Source: a virus. From it: a stretch of 64,000 nucleotides of DNA. Under the pieces are notes generated by a model. That model ran no database searches. It was not told the DNA's origin and worked only from the letters and a program-made list of their open reading frames with translations. Shown here in pieces: positions 10,025 through 19,643 of this stretch. The translations under genes were made by a program, and so were the position numbers. Numbering within the stretch: position 1 is the first letter of the stretch; every line of letters begins with the position of its first letter. The DNA is taken from IMG/VR virus record IMGVR_UViG_3300001530_000094. One strand, 5' to 3'.

Positions 10025-10705
10025 CTAAACATGAAACTTATAAAGCAATATTTGAATTGGGTAGACCTATAATAGAAGATTCCAGACATCCATATTTACA
10101 TCTAGCATATAAACTAAAACTTAATAATTACAGAGTAATTACTGATGGAGAGCTGATGGTGAAAGGAAAAGATTTAGAAATTCCAGAATATATGAAAGAG
10201 TTTTTAAGATTTCATGGAGAAGCTTTAATGATAGCTAATATAATTAGTGAAAAAGTAATTTCTATAGTTCTTAGAAGTATAAATACTAAAAAAGAGTTTC
10301 AAAAAGTAGGAGTAATGAAGAATATGCTATACGGTTTGGGACAACTTTCAGACAATTTTAAGTTTCGGACAACCTATATTATTAGTAGAAGGACATTTAG
10401 ATAGAGATACAATGTCTGAATTTTATCCTAATGTTTTAGCTCTTACAACAAATAAAATATCTAACACTCAAAGAGATATTCTTAAATCTTTAAGCAATAA
10501 ATTTATTTTAATGTTAGACAATGATGAAGCTGGCAGAATAGGAACTAAAGATGCTTATTATAAACTTAAAGGATGTAAAATTCAAGAGTTAAAGCATTTA
10601 GCTAATATGAAGGATGCTGGTGACTTAAACAAATTAGAATTTACTAATAAATCAGAGTATGATTGGGTAACTACTAACTATAAAATGCAGATTGAAATGT
10701 TTTAA
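10021..10705 (+). CDS. TOPRIM/DnaG-like primase-related protein, joined by a +1 shift at CGG 10366-10368
   Basis: Frame 1 ends ...SDNFKF; +1 frame continues GQPILLVEGHLDRDTMSEFYPNVLALTTNK...FILMLDNDEAGRIGT (TOPRIM E and DxD-type motifs). The track splits this into 10021-10404 and 10412-10705. Confidence 0.85.
10366..10368 (+). other. CGG recoding (+1 frameshift) site 1
   Basis: TTT CGG ACA -> TTT (C) GGA CAA CCT ATA. Confidence 0.88.
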
Positions 10706-10742
10706 AAACTTGCATACTATATAATAAGTAAAGGAGTTAATT

Positions 10743-10925
10743 ATGAAGACAGGAGATAATGTATTGTTCTATTATAAAAATAGAGCATACTCTGGAGAAA
10801 TCACTAGTATAAATTTACAAATTCAAAACACTATTGTTTATAATGTAAGATGCGGTGTATCTAATGAATTTGAAATTTGGAAAAATAAACTTACTGGAGA
10901 AATAGTTGATATTAAGAAATTATAA
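10743..10925 (+). CDS. hypothetical protein
   Basis: ORF with RBS. Confidence 0.6.
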   Translation: MKTGDNVLFYYKNRAYSGEITSINLQIQNTIVYNVRCGVSNEFEIWKNKLTGEIVDIKKL

Positions 10926-10943
10926 GAAGGAGAGAAGTAGATA

Positions 10944-11981
10944 ATGATTACACAAGAATGTAGACCTAAAACATTTAAAGAAGTAAGTGGACAGACTATT
11001 CCTAAGTCTGTTCTACAAGCAATTTGTAAATCACCGTCTACTTCACCTAGAACTATAATTTTAGAGGGAGAGTATGGCACAGGTAAGACTAGTTGTGCTA
11101 GAATATTTGCAAAAGCATTAAACTGTAAACATAGAACAAAAACTGGAGATGCTTGTGGAAAGTGTGATAATTGTTTATGTGACATAGATAAATCTATGTT
11201 TTACGCAGAGTATGACTCTTCTGTAATTGGTAATATAACAGACATAAAAGAGCTTAAAGATACATTTTATTTTAATGAGTCTTTAGGATATAAAGTAGTT
11301 GTTTTAGATGAAGCTCATTTAATAACACCTCAAGCTCAGTCGACTCTTTTAAAATTATTTGAAGAAGGTGTAGAAGGAGTATTTTTTGTTCTTTGTACTA
11401 CTAATTCTTCTAAAATTTTAAATACTATACGTTCTAGAGCTTTATCTTTAAGATTTGACTTGTTGAGTACTGAAGAAGTTGAAAAAAACTTAAAAAATAT
11501 TTGTGAAAATAGTTTACAAATTGAAATAGAAAGTGATATAATCCAATTAATAGCAGAACAAAGTAAAGGTCATTTAAGAAATGCACACATGTTATTAGAA
11601 CAATACAGACTGTTAGGTAGAGAAGAATTTACTAATTTATATAGAAGTTGTTCAGAGTTATATAAAACATTTCTATATTTAGTGGTTACTAATAAATCTG
11701 AGCATTTACCAAGAGTAATTGAACTTTTACTAAGACATAAGTTAGCAGATTTAAAATCAGAATATGAGTTATTTGTATTAAATATAATAAAGATTTACTA
11801 TAATAAAACACAGGTTGAAGATAAACAACTAAATTTAGTTTTGAATATATATAAAAATAGAAAAAATAGTTTTATAGATGTATTAAATAATTATAGAAAT
11901 TATGACATGTTTAACTCAGATACAAGATTTGCTTCACTTATGTGGCTATTAGCAGACAGACTACGACAACTAATTTTGTAG
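10944..11981 (+). CDS. dnaX: DNA polymerase III gamma/tau-like clamp loader
   Basis: GEYGTGKTSCARIFAKALNC (Walker A), zinc module CGKCDNC, VVLDEAHLITPQAQSTLLKLFEE. Confidence 0.92.
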   Translation: MITQECRPKTFKEVSGQTIPKSVLQAICKSPSTSPRTIILEGEYGTGKTSCARIFAKALNCKHRTKTGDACGKCDNCLCDIDKSMFYAEYDSSVIGNITDIKELKDTFYFNESLGYKVVVLDEAHLITPQAQSTLLKLFEEGVEGVFFVLCTTNSSKILNTIRSRALSLRFDLLSTEEVEKNLKNICENSLQIEIESDIIQLIAEQSKGHLRNAHMLLEQYRLLGREEFTNLYRSCSELYKTFLYLVVTNKSEHLPRVIELLLRHKLADLKSEYELFVLNIIKIYYNKTQVEDKQLNLVLNIYKNRKNSFIDVLNNYRNYDMFNSDTRFASLMWLLADRLRQLIL

Positions 11982-11994
11982 GAGGAAGTAATGA

Positions 11995-12564
11995 ATGGTT
12001 TATTCATCTGTTGAAGGATTAATAGACAACATAGTAGAAGTAGTTCAAAAAATGTTTTTCTTTTATGTGTATGATGAGGACACTATAAATGATTTAAAGC
12101 AAGAAGGCTACTTAATGGCTTATGAATTATTAGCTAAAGGAGAGTATGACCCTAGTAGAAGTCTTAGAAATTATCTTTTTACTGGTGTAAGAAATGCAAT
12201 GACAAACTTTATGTATAAAAAGAATAAAACTAAGAAAGATATTTCACATGACACTTTAGAATCAGCAGAATTTCAAGATTTCATGAATGTTACTGGAAAT
12301 GATTATTATGTAGGAAAAGTTTACACTAGAATAGAATATCAAATAGGGAGTGATATTACAGTTGATGATTTAAAAGAAGTTACAGATAAATACAAGAATT
12401 ATGGCAAAAATCTTTTGGATAAATCAGAGAAAAAACTATCAGACAAACTAAATTTAGAAATTACAGAAGAAATAAAAATAGATGGAGAGGATGATACATT
12501 ACCTATTGTGTATAATGTGATAATGGGAGAGGTTATATGGAACAAAGTAATGAGTTTGATATAA
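11995..12564 (+). CDS. RNA polymerase sigma-70 region 2-like protein
   Basis: DLKQEGYLMAYELLAKGEYDPSRSLRNYLFTGVRNAMTNFM. Confidence 0.6.
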   Translation: MVYSSVEGLIDNIVEVVQKMFFFYVYDEDTINDLKQEGYLMAYELLAKGEYDPSRSLRNYLFTGVRNAMTNFMYKKNKTKKDISHDTLESAEFQDFMNVTGNDYYVGKVYTRIEYQIGSDITVDDLKEVTDKYKNYGKNLLDKSEKKLSDKLNLEITEEIKIDGEDDTLPIVYNVIMGEVIWNKVMSLI

Positions 12565-13128
12565 GAGATGAAAATCTTATACCTAGTGAGATAATAGAGA
12601 AGAAAATGATAAAGGGAGATAAAGAGAAAAAAGAATATGAGCCACGGCAGTTTAGTACTCTTTAGAAAGATGACACCAGAACAATATGATATATTTATAC
12701 AACAACTTTCAGACTCAGTAGGCTACAAACTTGATTTACTTAAAAAAATAATATCTAATAGCATAAAAAGAGGAGAAGATGATAATATTTTATTCTTAAG
12801 AATATTGGACGCTTTTGCAGGAACAAGTATAAGCTTTCCTAAGAGAAGACAATCTTTTCAATATTTAGATAAAACTTTTATGTATACTAAGGCCAAGAAC
12901 CATAATTTTACAGAAGATATTTATAATAGTATTGCAAAACATCATGATGAAAAATTAGCTGTAGTTAAAAATAGAGTTTTAAGAATTTCTAAGTTATTAG
13001 ATGATGAAGAATATACTACTTTAGTTAGAGAACAAGATAAACTTAAGAAAAAGAGAAGAGAAGCTAGAGAAGAAAAAAGAAAACTAAGAGAGGCAAAAGA
13101 AAGAAAAGATAATGAAGAAAGTACATAG
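12537..13128 (+). CDS. hypothetical protein joined by a +1 shift at CGG 12645-12647
   Basis: ATG 12537 preceded by gggagagg; 36 codons to GAG CCA CGG then +1 into GSLVLFRKMTPEQYDIFIQQLSD... The track start at 12637 lacks its own RBS. Confidence 0.78.
12645..12647 (+). other. CGG recoding (+1 frameshift) site 2
   Basis: CCA CGG CAG -> CCA (C) GGC AGT TTA GTA. Confidence 0.78.
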
Positions 13129-13151
13129 TAATATATAAAGGAGGTAGAAAT

Positions 13152-13655
13152 ATGATAGTTTGTTTAGAAGGACCAGATGGCTCAGGAAAAAGTACTTTAG
13201 TAAGATATCTTCAAGAAAAATATAATATGAAAATGAAACATTCAAGTTCTGAAACTAAAAATGATTTTCAATATCATTTAGATTTATTAGAAGAAGACAA
13301 TGTAGTCTTAGATAGAGCTAATCTTGGAGAAATAGTATATCCAGAAGTATATGGTAGAAATCCTAAAATGACTTGGGATAATCAAATAGATTTTATGAAT
13401 GCTTGCATGGACAAAGGTGTAATTTATATAATCTTTTACGCATCAGACTTTAATACTTTAAAAGAAAGATTATTTAAAAGAGGAGATACTCAACAAGTGC
13501 TAGAAAATGCAGAGAAAATAAATTTAGTATTTAAAACTTTAGCACACATGTTTTCAGAACTTTATCCTAATGTGTATGCATTAGATATTTCTAAGGAGTC
13601 AGACCAGATTAAATTTTTCGAAGATATTTTAAAGGAGAAAACAGATGGAGAATGA
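13152..13655 (+). CDS. deoxynucleoside monophosphate kinase / thymidylate kinase-like
   Basis: MIVCLEGPDGSGKSTLVRYLQ; VVLDRANLGEIVYPEVYGR. Confidence 0.85.
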   Translation: MIVCLEGPDGSGKSTLVRYLQEKYNMKMKHSSSETKNDFQYHLDLLEEDNVVLDRANLGEIVYPEVYGRNPKMTWDNQIDFMNACMDKGVIYIIFYASDFNTLKERLFKRGDTQQVLENAEKINLVFKTLAHMFSELYPNVYALDISKESDQIKFFEDILKEKTDGE

Positions 13656-13884
13656 GTTTTATGAACATTTAGTAATTTCTGGGAGAGATGAGAATTTTCA
13701 AAACGATTTAACTAAAGCTTCTATAGCAGGTTGGGAAACAGTTCATATAAATTCTTTTCCAGTAGAAAAGCCAGATATGCTAAAACATGGCTATACTATA
13801 GAATTAATCTATACAGCAGTTTTAAGAAGATTAAGAAGCAGAGAGGAGTTAAAAGATGATAACAGAAAACTTGAAACAACATAG
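13645..13884 (+). CDS. hypothetical protein
   Basis: ORF. Confidence 0.5.
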   Translation: MENEFYEHLVISGRDENFQNDLTKASIAGWETVHINSFPVEKPDMLKHGYTIELIYTAVLRRLRSREELKDDNRKLETT

Positions 13885-14869
13885 AGAAGAACAGTGGACA
13901 GAACAATATTATAAAGAATCAAAAGAAATAATACAAAATAAAGATATACTTCCGATTGTTGTTCCATCGTATAGAAGAGGATATGCTGCTTCTACTTTAC
14001 AGGCTTTGAAAGATTTTCCTGAGTTAAAAGTAGTAGTATTTATATATGAAGAAGAGTTTGATTTATATAGACATTTATTTGAAACATATCCTCATATACA
14101 ATATCAACTATGCTCAGGATTTAGAGGAATTGCTCCTAAAAGAAAGTATATTACTGAAAGAATGGTACAATTAGGAATGCCAGAATTTTTTGAGATAGAT
14201 GATGATGCAACAGCATTTTTCTATACAAAACATGGTAGTATGAAAAAAGACCCTACAAAGTACAAAGCAGAGAAGACCCAGATTGACATACAAGACTTTT
14301 TCAGAATGTTCCAATATATTATTAAATATAAAGCGCTAGAAAAAATAGACTTATGCGGAATAATTTTTGATAACGGAGCTTGGGCTCAAGATTTAAGAAC
14401 TTTACCTGATATTATTTATATCGGCGGACAAGCTTTTTGCTTTTATTTAGATGCAAAGGCTTGCTTAGACAAAGGATTGAACTATTATGTAGAAGATAAA
14501 ATTTGGGAAGATTTTGATTTTTCAATGCAAGTAATAAATGCAGGGTTAAACTCTTGTCAAATAAGATATTTAACTGCTTCTACACCTACTATGACTCCCG
14601 GAGATTCAGTCGCTACTGCAGCTGGTTCACCTTGGGCACAGAAATCAGTAAATCTATATAAAAGATGGGGAGACTTGATTAGGTTTAAACCTATGAAGGG
14701 TGAGTTGAATGCTAAAATAAAATGGACTACTATTAGAAATCAACTTAAGAAAGACGGTCATTTAACTATCACTTATAATCCAGTTTATATGGAGTTTATA
14801 AATAGAAATGATTATGATGGATTAACACATTATATAGAACAAGAAAAGAATAAAAATGAGGAGGTATAA
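13856..14869 (+). CDS. GT-A-like glycosyltransferase
   Basis: LPIVVPSYRRGYAASTLQAL...FFEIDDDATAFFY (DxD-like)...YYVEDKIWEDFDFSMQ. Confidence 0.6.
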   Translation: MITENLKQHREEQWTEQYYKESKEIIQNKDILPIVVPSYRRGYAASTLQALKDFPELKVVVFIYEEEFDLYRHLFETYPHIQYQLCSGFRGIAPKRKYITERMVQLGMPEFFEIDDDATAFFYTKHGSMKKDPTKYKAEKTQIDIQDFFRMFQYIIKYKALEKIDLCGIIFDNGAWAQDLRTLPDIIYIGGQAFCFYLDAKACLDKGLNYYVEDKIWEDFDFSMQVINAGLNSCQIRYLTASTPTMTPGDSVATAAGSPWAQKSVNLYKRWGDLIRFKPMKGELNAKIKWTTIRNQLKKDGHLTITYNPVYMEFINRNDYDGLTHYIEQEKNKNEEV

Positions 14870-14871
14870 TT

Positions 14872-15216
14872 ATGGCTACTGAAGAACAAATAAGAAGTTT
14901 TCAGGCTACAGGTTTAACTAGAGAAGCATCTGAAAGATTAGCTAGTAAAGCTTATGATATGGATTTTGGAAAAGCTATTAGAGCATTAAAAGAAGGTAAA
15001 CAAGTTGCTAGAAAAGGTTGGAATGGTAAAGAACAATATATAGAATTAGCAACAGATATAAGTTATAAAAATACAAAAGGAGAAATAATTAATGCAGAAC
15101 ATCAAGCTATTGGAAATCAAGCAATAGCATTTGTTGGTACTTCTGGAGTTCAGTTAGGTTGGTTAGCAAGTCAAGCAGATATATTAGCAACTGACTGGTA
15201 CATAAAGGAGGACTAA
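14872..15216 (+). CDS. DUF2829 / Tad2-like protein (candidate anti-Thoeris sponge)
   Basis: MDFGKAIRALKEGKQVARKGWNGK...LGWLASQADILATDWYI. Confidence 0.75.
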   Translation: MATEEQIRSFQATGLTREASERLASKAYDMDFGKAIRALKEGKQVARKGWNGKEQYIELATDISYKNTKGEIINAEHQAIGNQAIAFVGTSGVQLGWLASQADILATDWYIKED

Positions 15217-15915
15217 ATGAAGAGAATATTAAATACAGACTATTTTGATGTTAATGATATTAGACAAACTTTAGTAAATAAATGGTATAATAAAGATTTT
15301 GATGATACAGGAAATGTAGCAATAATTTCTGCATCATTTGTTGCAGATGAAGCTTATATAATAAGACCACCTAATGTAAAATATGTAGAAAGAGAACTTA
15401 AATGGTATTTATCAGAAAGTTTAAATGTAAATGATATTCCTGAAGGAGCTCCTACTATATGGCAACAAGTCTCAGATAAAGACGGTTTTATAAATTCTAA
15501 CTATGGTTGGACTACTTTTTCAAAAGAGAATTATAGTCAATTTGATAAAGTAGTAGAAGAATTATCTAAAAATAAAGCTAGTAGACAAGGAGTAATAATA
15601 TTTATCAGGCCTACAATGCATGAAGATAGTAAAAGAAATGGAATGCATGATTTTATCTGTACATATTGTTATACTTTTAAAATAGAGAAAGATAAACTTT
15701 ACATGATAGTAAACATGAGAAGTAATGATTGCGTATTTGGATATGATAATGACTGGGCATTTGCAGATTATGTACATGAAAGAATGTTAGCAGAGCTTAA
15801 GAAAACTTATCCAGGTTTAGATAAAGGTGTAATATTTTGGAGAGCAGATAATTTTCACTGTTATCCTAGACATTTTAAATATTTAGAAGAAATTTATATG
15901 AATAATCAAAAATAA
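15217..15915 (+). CDS. ThyA-superfamily thymidylate synthase / (d)CMP-dUMP hydroxymethylase-like enzyme
   Basis: MHDFICTYCYTFKIEKDKLYMIVNMRSNDCVFGYDNDWAFADY resembles ThyA PCHxxxQF...QRSxDxFLGxPFN. Confidence 0.75.
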   Translation: MKRILNTDYFDVNDIRQTLVNKWYNKDFDDTGNVAIISASFVADEAYIIRPPNVKYVERELKWYLSESLNVNDIPEGAPTIWQQVSDKDGFINSNYGWTTFSKENYSQFDKVVEELSKNKASRQGVIIFIRPTMHEDSKRNGMHDFICTYCYTFKIEKDKLYMIVNMRSNDCVFGYDNDWAFADYVHERMLAELKKTYPGLDKGVIFWRADNFHCYPRHFKYLEEIYMNNQK

Positions 15916-15963
15916 AAGCATAATATAAATTATAATAAGTAAATTTGAAAGGAGCAATGTAAG

Positions 15964-16227
15964 ATGAAGATTACAGACGTAAGAATCAGAAAAATGGATA
16001 ATGGAGGAAAGAGAAGAGCAGTTGCTTCAGTAACTTTTGATAGCGAATTTGTTGTTCATGACATTAGTGTTATTGAAACTGAAAATGGAACTTTTATATC
16101 AATGCCTTCTAAGAGATTACCTAATGGAGAATATAGAGATATAGCTCATCCAATAACATCTGAAACTAGAAACAAAATTCAAGATGCAGTTTTAAACGCA
16201 TACGCTAATGAAATTGGACAATATTAA
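15964..16227 (+). CDS. spoVG: SpoVG-family regulator
   Basis: [51 protein letters not shown]. Confidence 0.93.
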   Translation: MKITDVRIRKMDNGGKRRAVASVTFDSEFVVHDISVIETENGTFISMPSKRLPNGEYRDIAHPITSETRNKIQDAVLNAYANEIGQY

Positions 16228-16260
16228 TATAGTTTATAGCGTTTTCCATAAATTTAATTT

Positions 16261-16292
16261 AGAACTATCCTAAGTGATAGTTCTTTATTTTT
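16261..16292 (+). terminator. intrinsic terminator
   Basis: agaactat/atagttct stem followed by ttattttt. Confidence 0.7.
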
Positions 16293-16323
16293 GCATAATA
16301 TAATTAAGAGGAGGTGAAAAAGA

Positions 16324-16776
16324 ATGGAAGATTTTAACTTAAAATTTATTAAAACTAAAGAAGTAAAAAGTCCAGTAAGAGGACATGACACAGATGCTGG
16401 TATAGATTTCTTTGTTCCAGAGGATTTTGAAAGAGTAAAATTAAATCCAGGAGAAGATGTTCTTATAGATGCTGGTATAAAAGTAATAGTACCTAAAGGA
16501 TATGCTTTAATCTTTAAAGAAAAATCTGGAGTAGCAACTAAAAAGAAATTAACTATAGGAGCTTGTGTAGTAGATTCAGACTACAGAGGTGTAGTTCATT
16601 TACACTTATTTAATAGTGGAACTGAAATAGAAACTGTAGAAGCTGGAGATAAAATTACTCAAGGTTTAGTAGTGCCAGTTTCTTTATGCAAACCAGAAGA
16701 AATATCAGAAGAAGAATATAATTCTTATGATACAGAGCGTGGAGAAGGCGGATTCGGTTCTACTGGCTCTAAGTAG
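16324..16776 (+). CDS. dut: dUTPase
   Basis: DTDAGIDFFVPE, KSGVATKKKLTIGACVVDSDYRG, TERGEGGFGSTG. Confidence 0.93.
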   Translation: MEDFNLKFIKTKEVKSPVRGHDTDAGIDFFVPEDFERVKLNPGEDVLIDAGIKVIVPKGYALIFKEKSGVATKKKLTIGACVVDSDYRGVVHLHLFNSGTEIETVEAGDKITQGLVVPVSLCKPEEISEEEYNSYDTERGEGGFGSTGSK

Positions 16777-16825
16777 TTTACAGAAAAGTACATTGAAAAT
16801 TAAATAGAAAGGAAAGTAGAAATTT

Positions 16826-18319
16826 ATGTTAGTAACAGGAATTATTATTGGAGTCGCAGTTTTACTATTAGTTTTATTTATTATGGCAAGTTATACTAAA
16901 TGCCCACCAGATATGGTATATCTAGTATCTGGGTTGAGAAAAGAACCTAGAGTTATAATAGGAAAAGCTACATTTAAAATACCATTTTTTGAAAGAGTAG
17001 ATAAATTAACTCTAGAACTAATTCAGATAGATGTAAGAACTTCTAGTGTACCTACAGCTGACTTCATCAATGTAGATGTAGATGCTGTAGCAAATGTAAG
17101 AATACCTAAGGATAATGATTTAATACAAGTAGCTGCAAGACACTTTTTAAATCAAAGCTCTGATTATATAGCAAGAAATGTTCAACAAGTATTAGAAGGA
17201 AATATGAGAGAGATTATAGGTCAAATGCAATTAGTAGATTTAGTAAATAATAAACAAATCTTTTCTCAAAAAATCCAAGAGAATGCTAAAGATGACATTA
17301 AAGCTATAGGATTAGAAATAGTAAACTTAAATGTACAAAGTTGTACAGATGAGAATAATGCTATAAATGATTTAGGAATTGACAATTTAGTCAAAATTCA
17401 AAAAACTGCGAAGATTGCAAAAGCTGAATCAGAAAAAGAAATTAAAATAGCTGAGTCTAAAGCTGATGAAGAAGGAGCTAAAGCTAGAGCAGAAGCAGAT
17501 GCAAAAATAGCAGAACAACAAAAAGATTTAGAAATTAAGAAAGCAGAGTTTAAAATAGAACAAGATAGAAAGAAAGCAGAAGCAGATGCAGCATATTCAA
17601 TACAACAAGCACAACAACAGAAATCTATAAATGAAAGTACTGTAGCTGCAGAGGTAGCAAAAGCAGAGAAAGAAACAGAACTTAAAGAGAAAGAAGTAGC
17701 ATTAAAAGAAAAAGAACTTGATGCTTTAGTAAGAAAACAAGCAGATGCTGAAAGATATGCTGCAGAACAAAAAGCTGAAGCAGAGAAGAACGTAAGAATA
17801 CAGGAAGCAGAAGCAGACTTAGCAGATGCGGAAAGAGGAGCTAAAGCTAGAGTAGCTCAAGCAAAAGCAGAAAAAGAAGCGAGTGAACTAGAAGCTCAAG
17901 GTATAAAAGCTAAATTAGTAGCAGAAGCTGAAGGAAAGAAAGCTATATTATTAGCAGAAGCAGAGGGTGTAAAAGCTAAAGGTTTAGCTGAAGCAGAAGC
18001 TATAGAGAAGAAAGCAGAAGCACAAGCAAAGATGAAAGAAGCTTCTATTGTAGAAATGATAATGACAGCTTTACCTCAAATAGCTAAAGAAGTATCTACA
18101 CCTCTAAGCAATATAGACTCAATTACAATGTATGGAGACCAGTCAACTAAATTACTAGAAGAAAATACTCAGAAAATAGATAAAGTATTAAAAGTGGCTC
18201 AAGATTCATTGGGATTAGATTTAAAAAGTTTAGTAGCTGGATTTGCTGGTTCAGAGGTATTAAACAAAGTAGTAGATTCAAAAACTAAAAAATCTAATAA
18301 AACTCAAACATCAGAATGA
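16826..18319 (+). CDS. flotillin-like SPFH-domain protein
   Basis: N-terminal TM + SPFH segment, long AEAEAEKKAEA coiled region, C-terminal flotillin domain. Confidence 0.88.
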   Translation: MLVTGIIIGVAVLLLVLFIMASYTKCPPDMVYLVSGLRKEPRVIIGKATFKIPFFERVDKLTLELIQIDVRTSSVPTADFINVDVDAVANVRIPKDNDLIQVAARHFLNQSSDYIARNVQQVLEGNMREIIGQMQLVDLVNNKQIFSQKIQENAKDDIKAIGLEIVNLNVQSCTDENNAINDLGIDNLVKIQKTAKIAKAESEKEIKIAESKADEEGAKARAEADAKIAEQQKDLEIKKAEFKIEQDRKKAEADAAYSIQQAQQQKSINESTVAAEVAKAEKETELKEKEVALKEKELDALVRKQADAERYAAEQKAEAEKNVRIQEAEADLADAERGAKARVAQAKAEKEASELEAQGIKAKLVAEAEGKKAILLAEAEGVKAKGLAEAEAIEKKAEAQAKMKEASIVEMIMTALPQIAKEVSTPLSNIDSITMYGDQSTKLLEENTQKIDKVLKVAQDSLGLDLKSLVAGFAGSEVLNKVVDSKTKKSNKTQTSE

Positions 18320-18335
18320 CTTCAGTGACATTTTT
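18307..18335 (+). repeat. intergenic repeat copy 1 (aacatcagaatgacttcagtgacattttt)
   Basis: Compare with copies at 34435, 43021 and 56845. Confidence 0.75.
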
Positions 18336-18390
18336 ATAAAGAGTTAATATAATTTTATATCTTAGCGCTACTAAAAATTTAAAATACCTA

Positions 18391-18419
18391 TTTACAAAAT
18401 TAAAATAATATGTTATAAT
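18391..18419 (+). promoter_or_regulatory. sigma-70-type promoter
   Basis: TTTACA-17 nt-TATAAT; member of a conserved promoter family. Confidence 0.78.
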
Positions 18420-18467
18420 GCACATATAAAGTAATTTTTGAAGTAAGTTCATTGGAGGTAAGACAGT

Positions 18468-18773
18468 ATGAATGAATTAAAGCGGTTGCAGCAAGAAATC
18501 TTAGAAAATAAGAAGAGACACGGATTTAATACAACAAACATTGAACAGGAATTTTGTTACTTATATGGAGAAGTTTCAGAAGCATACGAAGCGTATTATA
18601 AACAGAAAGACTCTTTATCTGAAGAATTAGCAGATGTAGCTATTTTTCTTTTAGGACTCTCAGAGATTTTAGGAATAGACCTTTATGAAGAGATAGAAAG
18701 AAAAGTTGTTATAAATTCTCAGAGAGTATACAGCTTCAATGATAACGGCAAACCGATAAGAACAGAAGGGTAA
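18468..18773 (+). CDS. MazG-like nucleotide pyrophosphohydrolase
   Basis: EEFCYLYGEVSEAYEAYY-type core (QEFCYLYGEVSEAYEAYYKQKDSLSEELADVAIFLLG). Codon 6 is CGG read without a shift. Confidence 0.8.
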   Translation: MNELKRLQQEILENKKRHGFNTTNIEQEFCYLYGEVSEAYEAYYKQKDSLSEELADVAIFLLGLSEILGIDLYEEIERKVVINSQRVYSFNDNGKPIRTEG

Positions 18774-18827
18774 TTACTTACTTAGAGGAGATTTTCTCCT
18801 CTAAGCATATTATAAATAGGTGATAAC

Positions 18828-19133
18828 ATGGATGATTTAGAAAAAGAATTACAAAGACAGAAAGAATTTTTTCATCTTTTAGATTTAAGAGCAGAAAGAG
18901 ACCAGATAAGAGCAAAGCAAATGACTCAAACTATAATTCTTTGGGAAATAGTAGTATTTGCTATTTTAGCATCTCAGATTGCTAGAGCAGTGAATTTTAT
19001 ATCTATAACAACTCATGGAATAATATCTTTAACTATTCTTATTGCTCAATTTATAGCAATTCATTATATAAAAAGAAAAGCAGATGAAAAAATTAAAAAT
19101 AATAGAGAATTTCAAAGACATAATATAAAATAA
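18828..19133 (+). CDS. membrane protein
   Basis: Two hydrophobic segments. Confidence 0.6.
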   Translation: MDDLEKELQRQKEFFHLLDLRAERDQIRAKQMTQTIILWEIVVFAILASQIARAVNFISITTHGIISLTILIAQFIAIHYIKRKADEKIKNNREFQRHNIK

Positions 19134-19643
19134 AGCATATTATATATTATAAAGAGTTCGCAAAACTTTATTTTTCGTTCAATGTTTTAGCATTGAATAT
19201 TTAGGAAGAACTTTATTACATGTATATTCTTAGACGCATTCAAATAAGACATTTAAGAAAGTGGAAAGTTCATAGTTAGAATTGGGGTTGTTCTAATTTA
19301 TTTAGGGTTTGACTTCACAAAGCTCATTCACAAGATTATAGAAAGCGTTCATAACTCCTATAATTTATAAAAGGTGCTAATAGTCATCAGAATGAGTACC
19401 TGGCTGTAGTAGTTCTACAGAACTTTGGCCCATAGAATTAAGATAACTTCAGTTTATGGGGTGGCTCTAAGGAAATCATAACTTAGAGTGCGATAGATAT
19501 AATAAACTACTATACAGCAAGAATATTTATATTATGCGCAGGAAATATAAGTGTTCTTAGTAGATATCTATTTCGGTCAGAGATAATTCATAAACTCTGA
19601 TAAGGTGGTTTTAAATAGTTGTACCCATTAAACAACTATATAT

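Noticed and set aside
12637-12660. Independent start MSHGSL at 12637
   Set aside because: No RBS; ATG 12537 with RBS plus a CGG shift explains the locus better.
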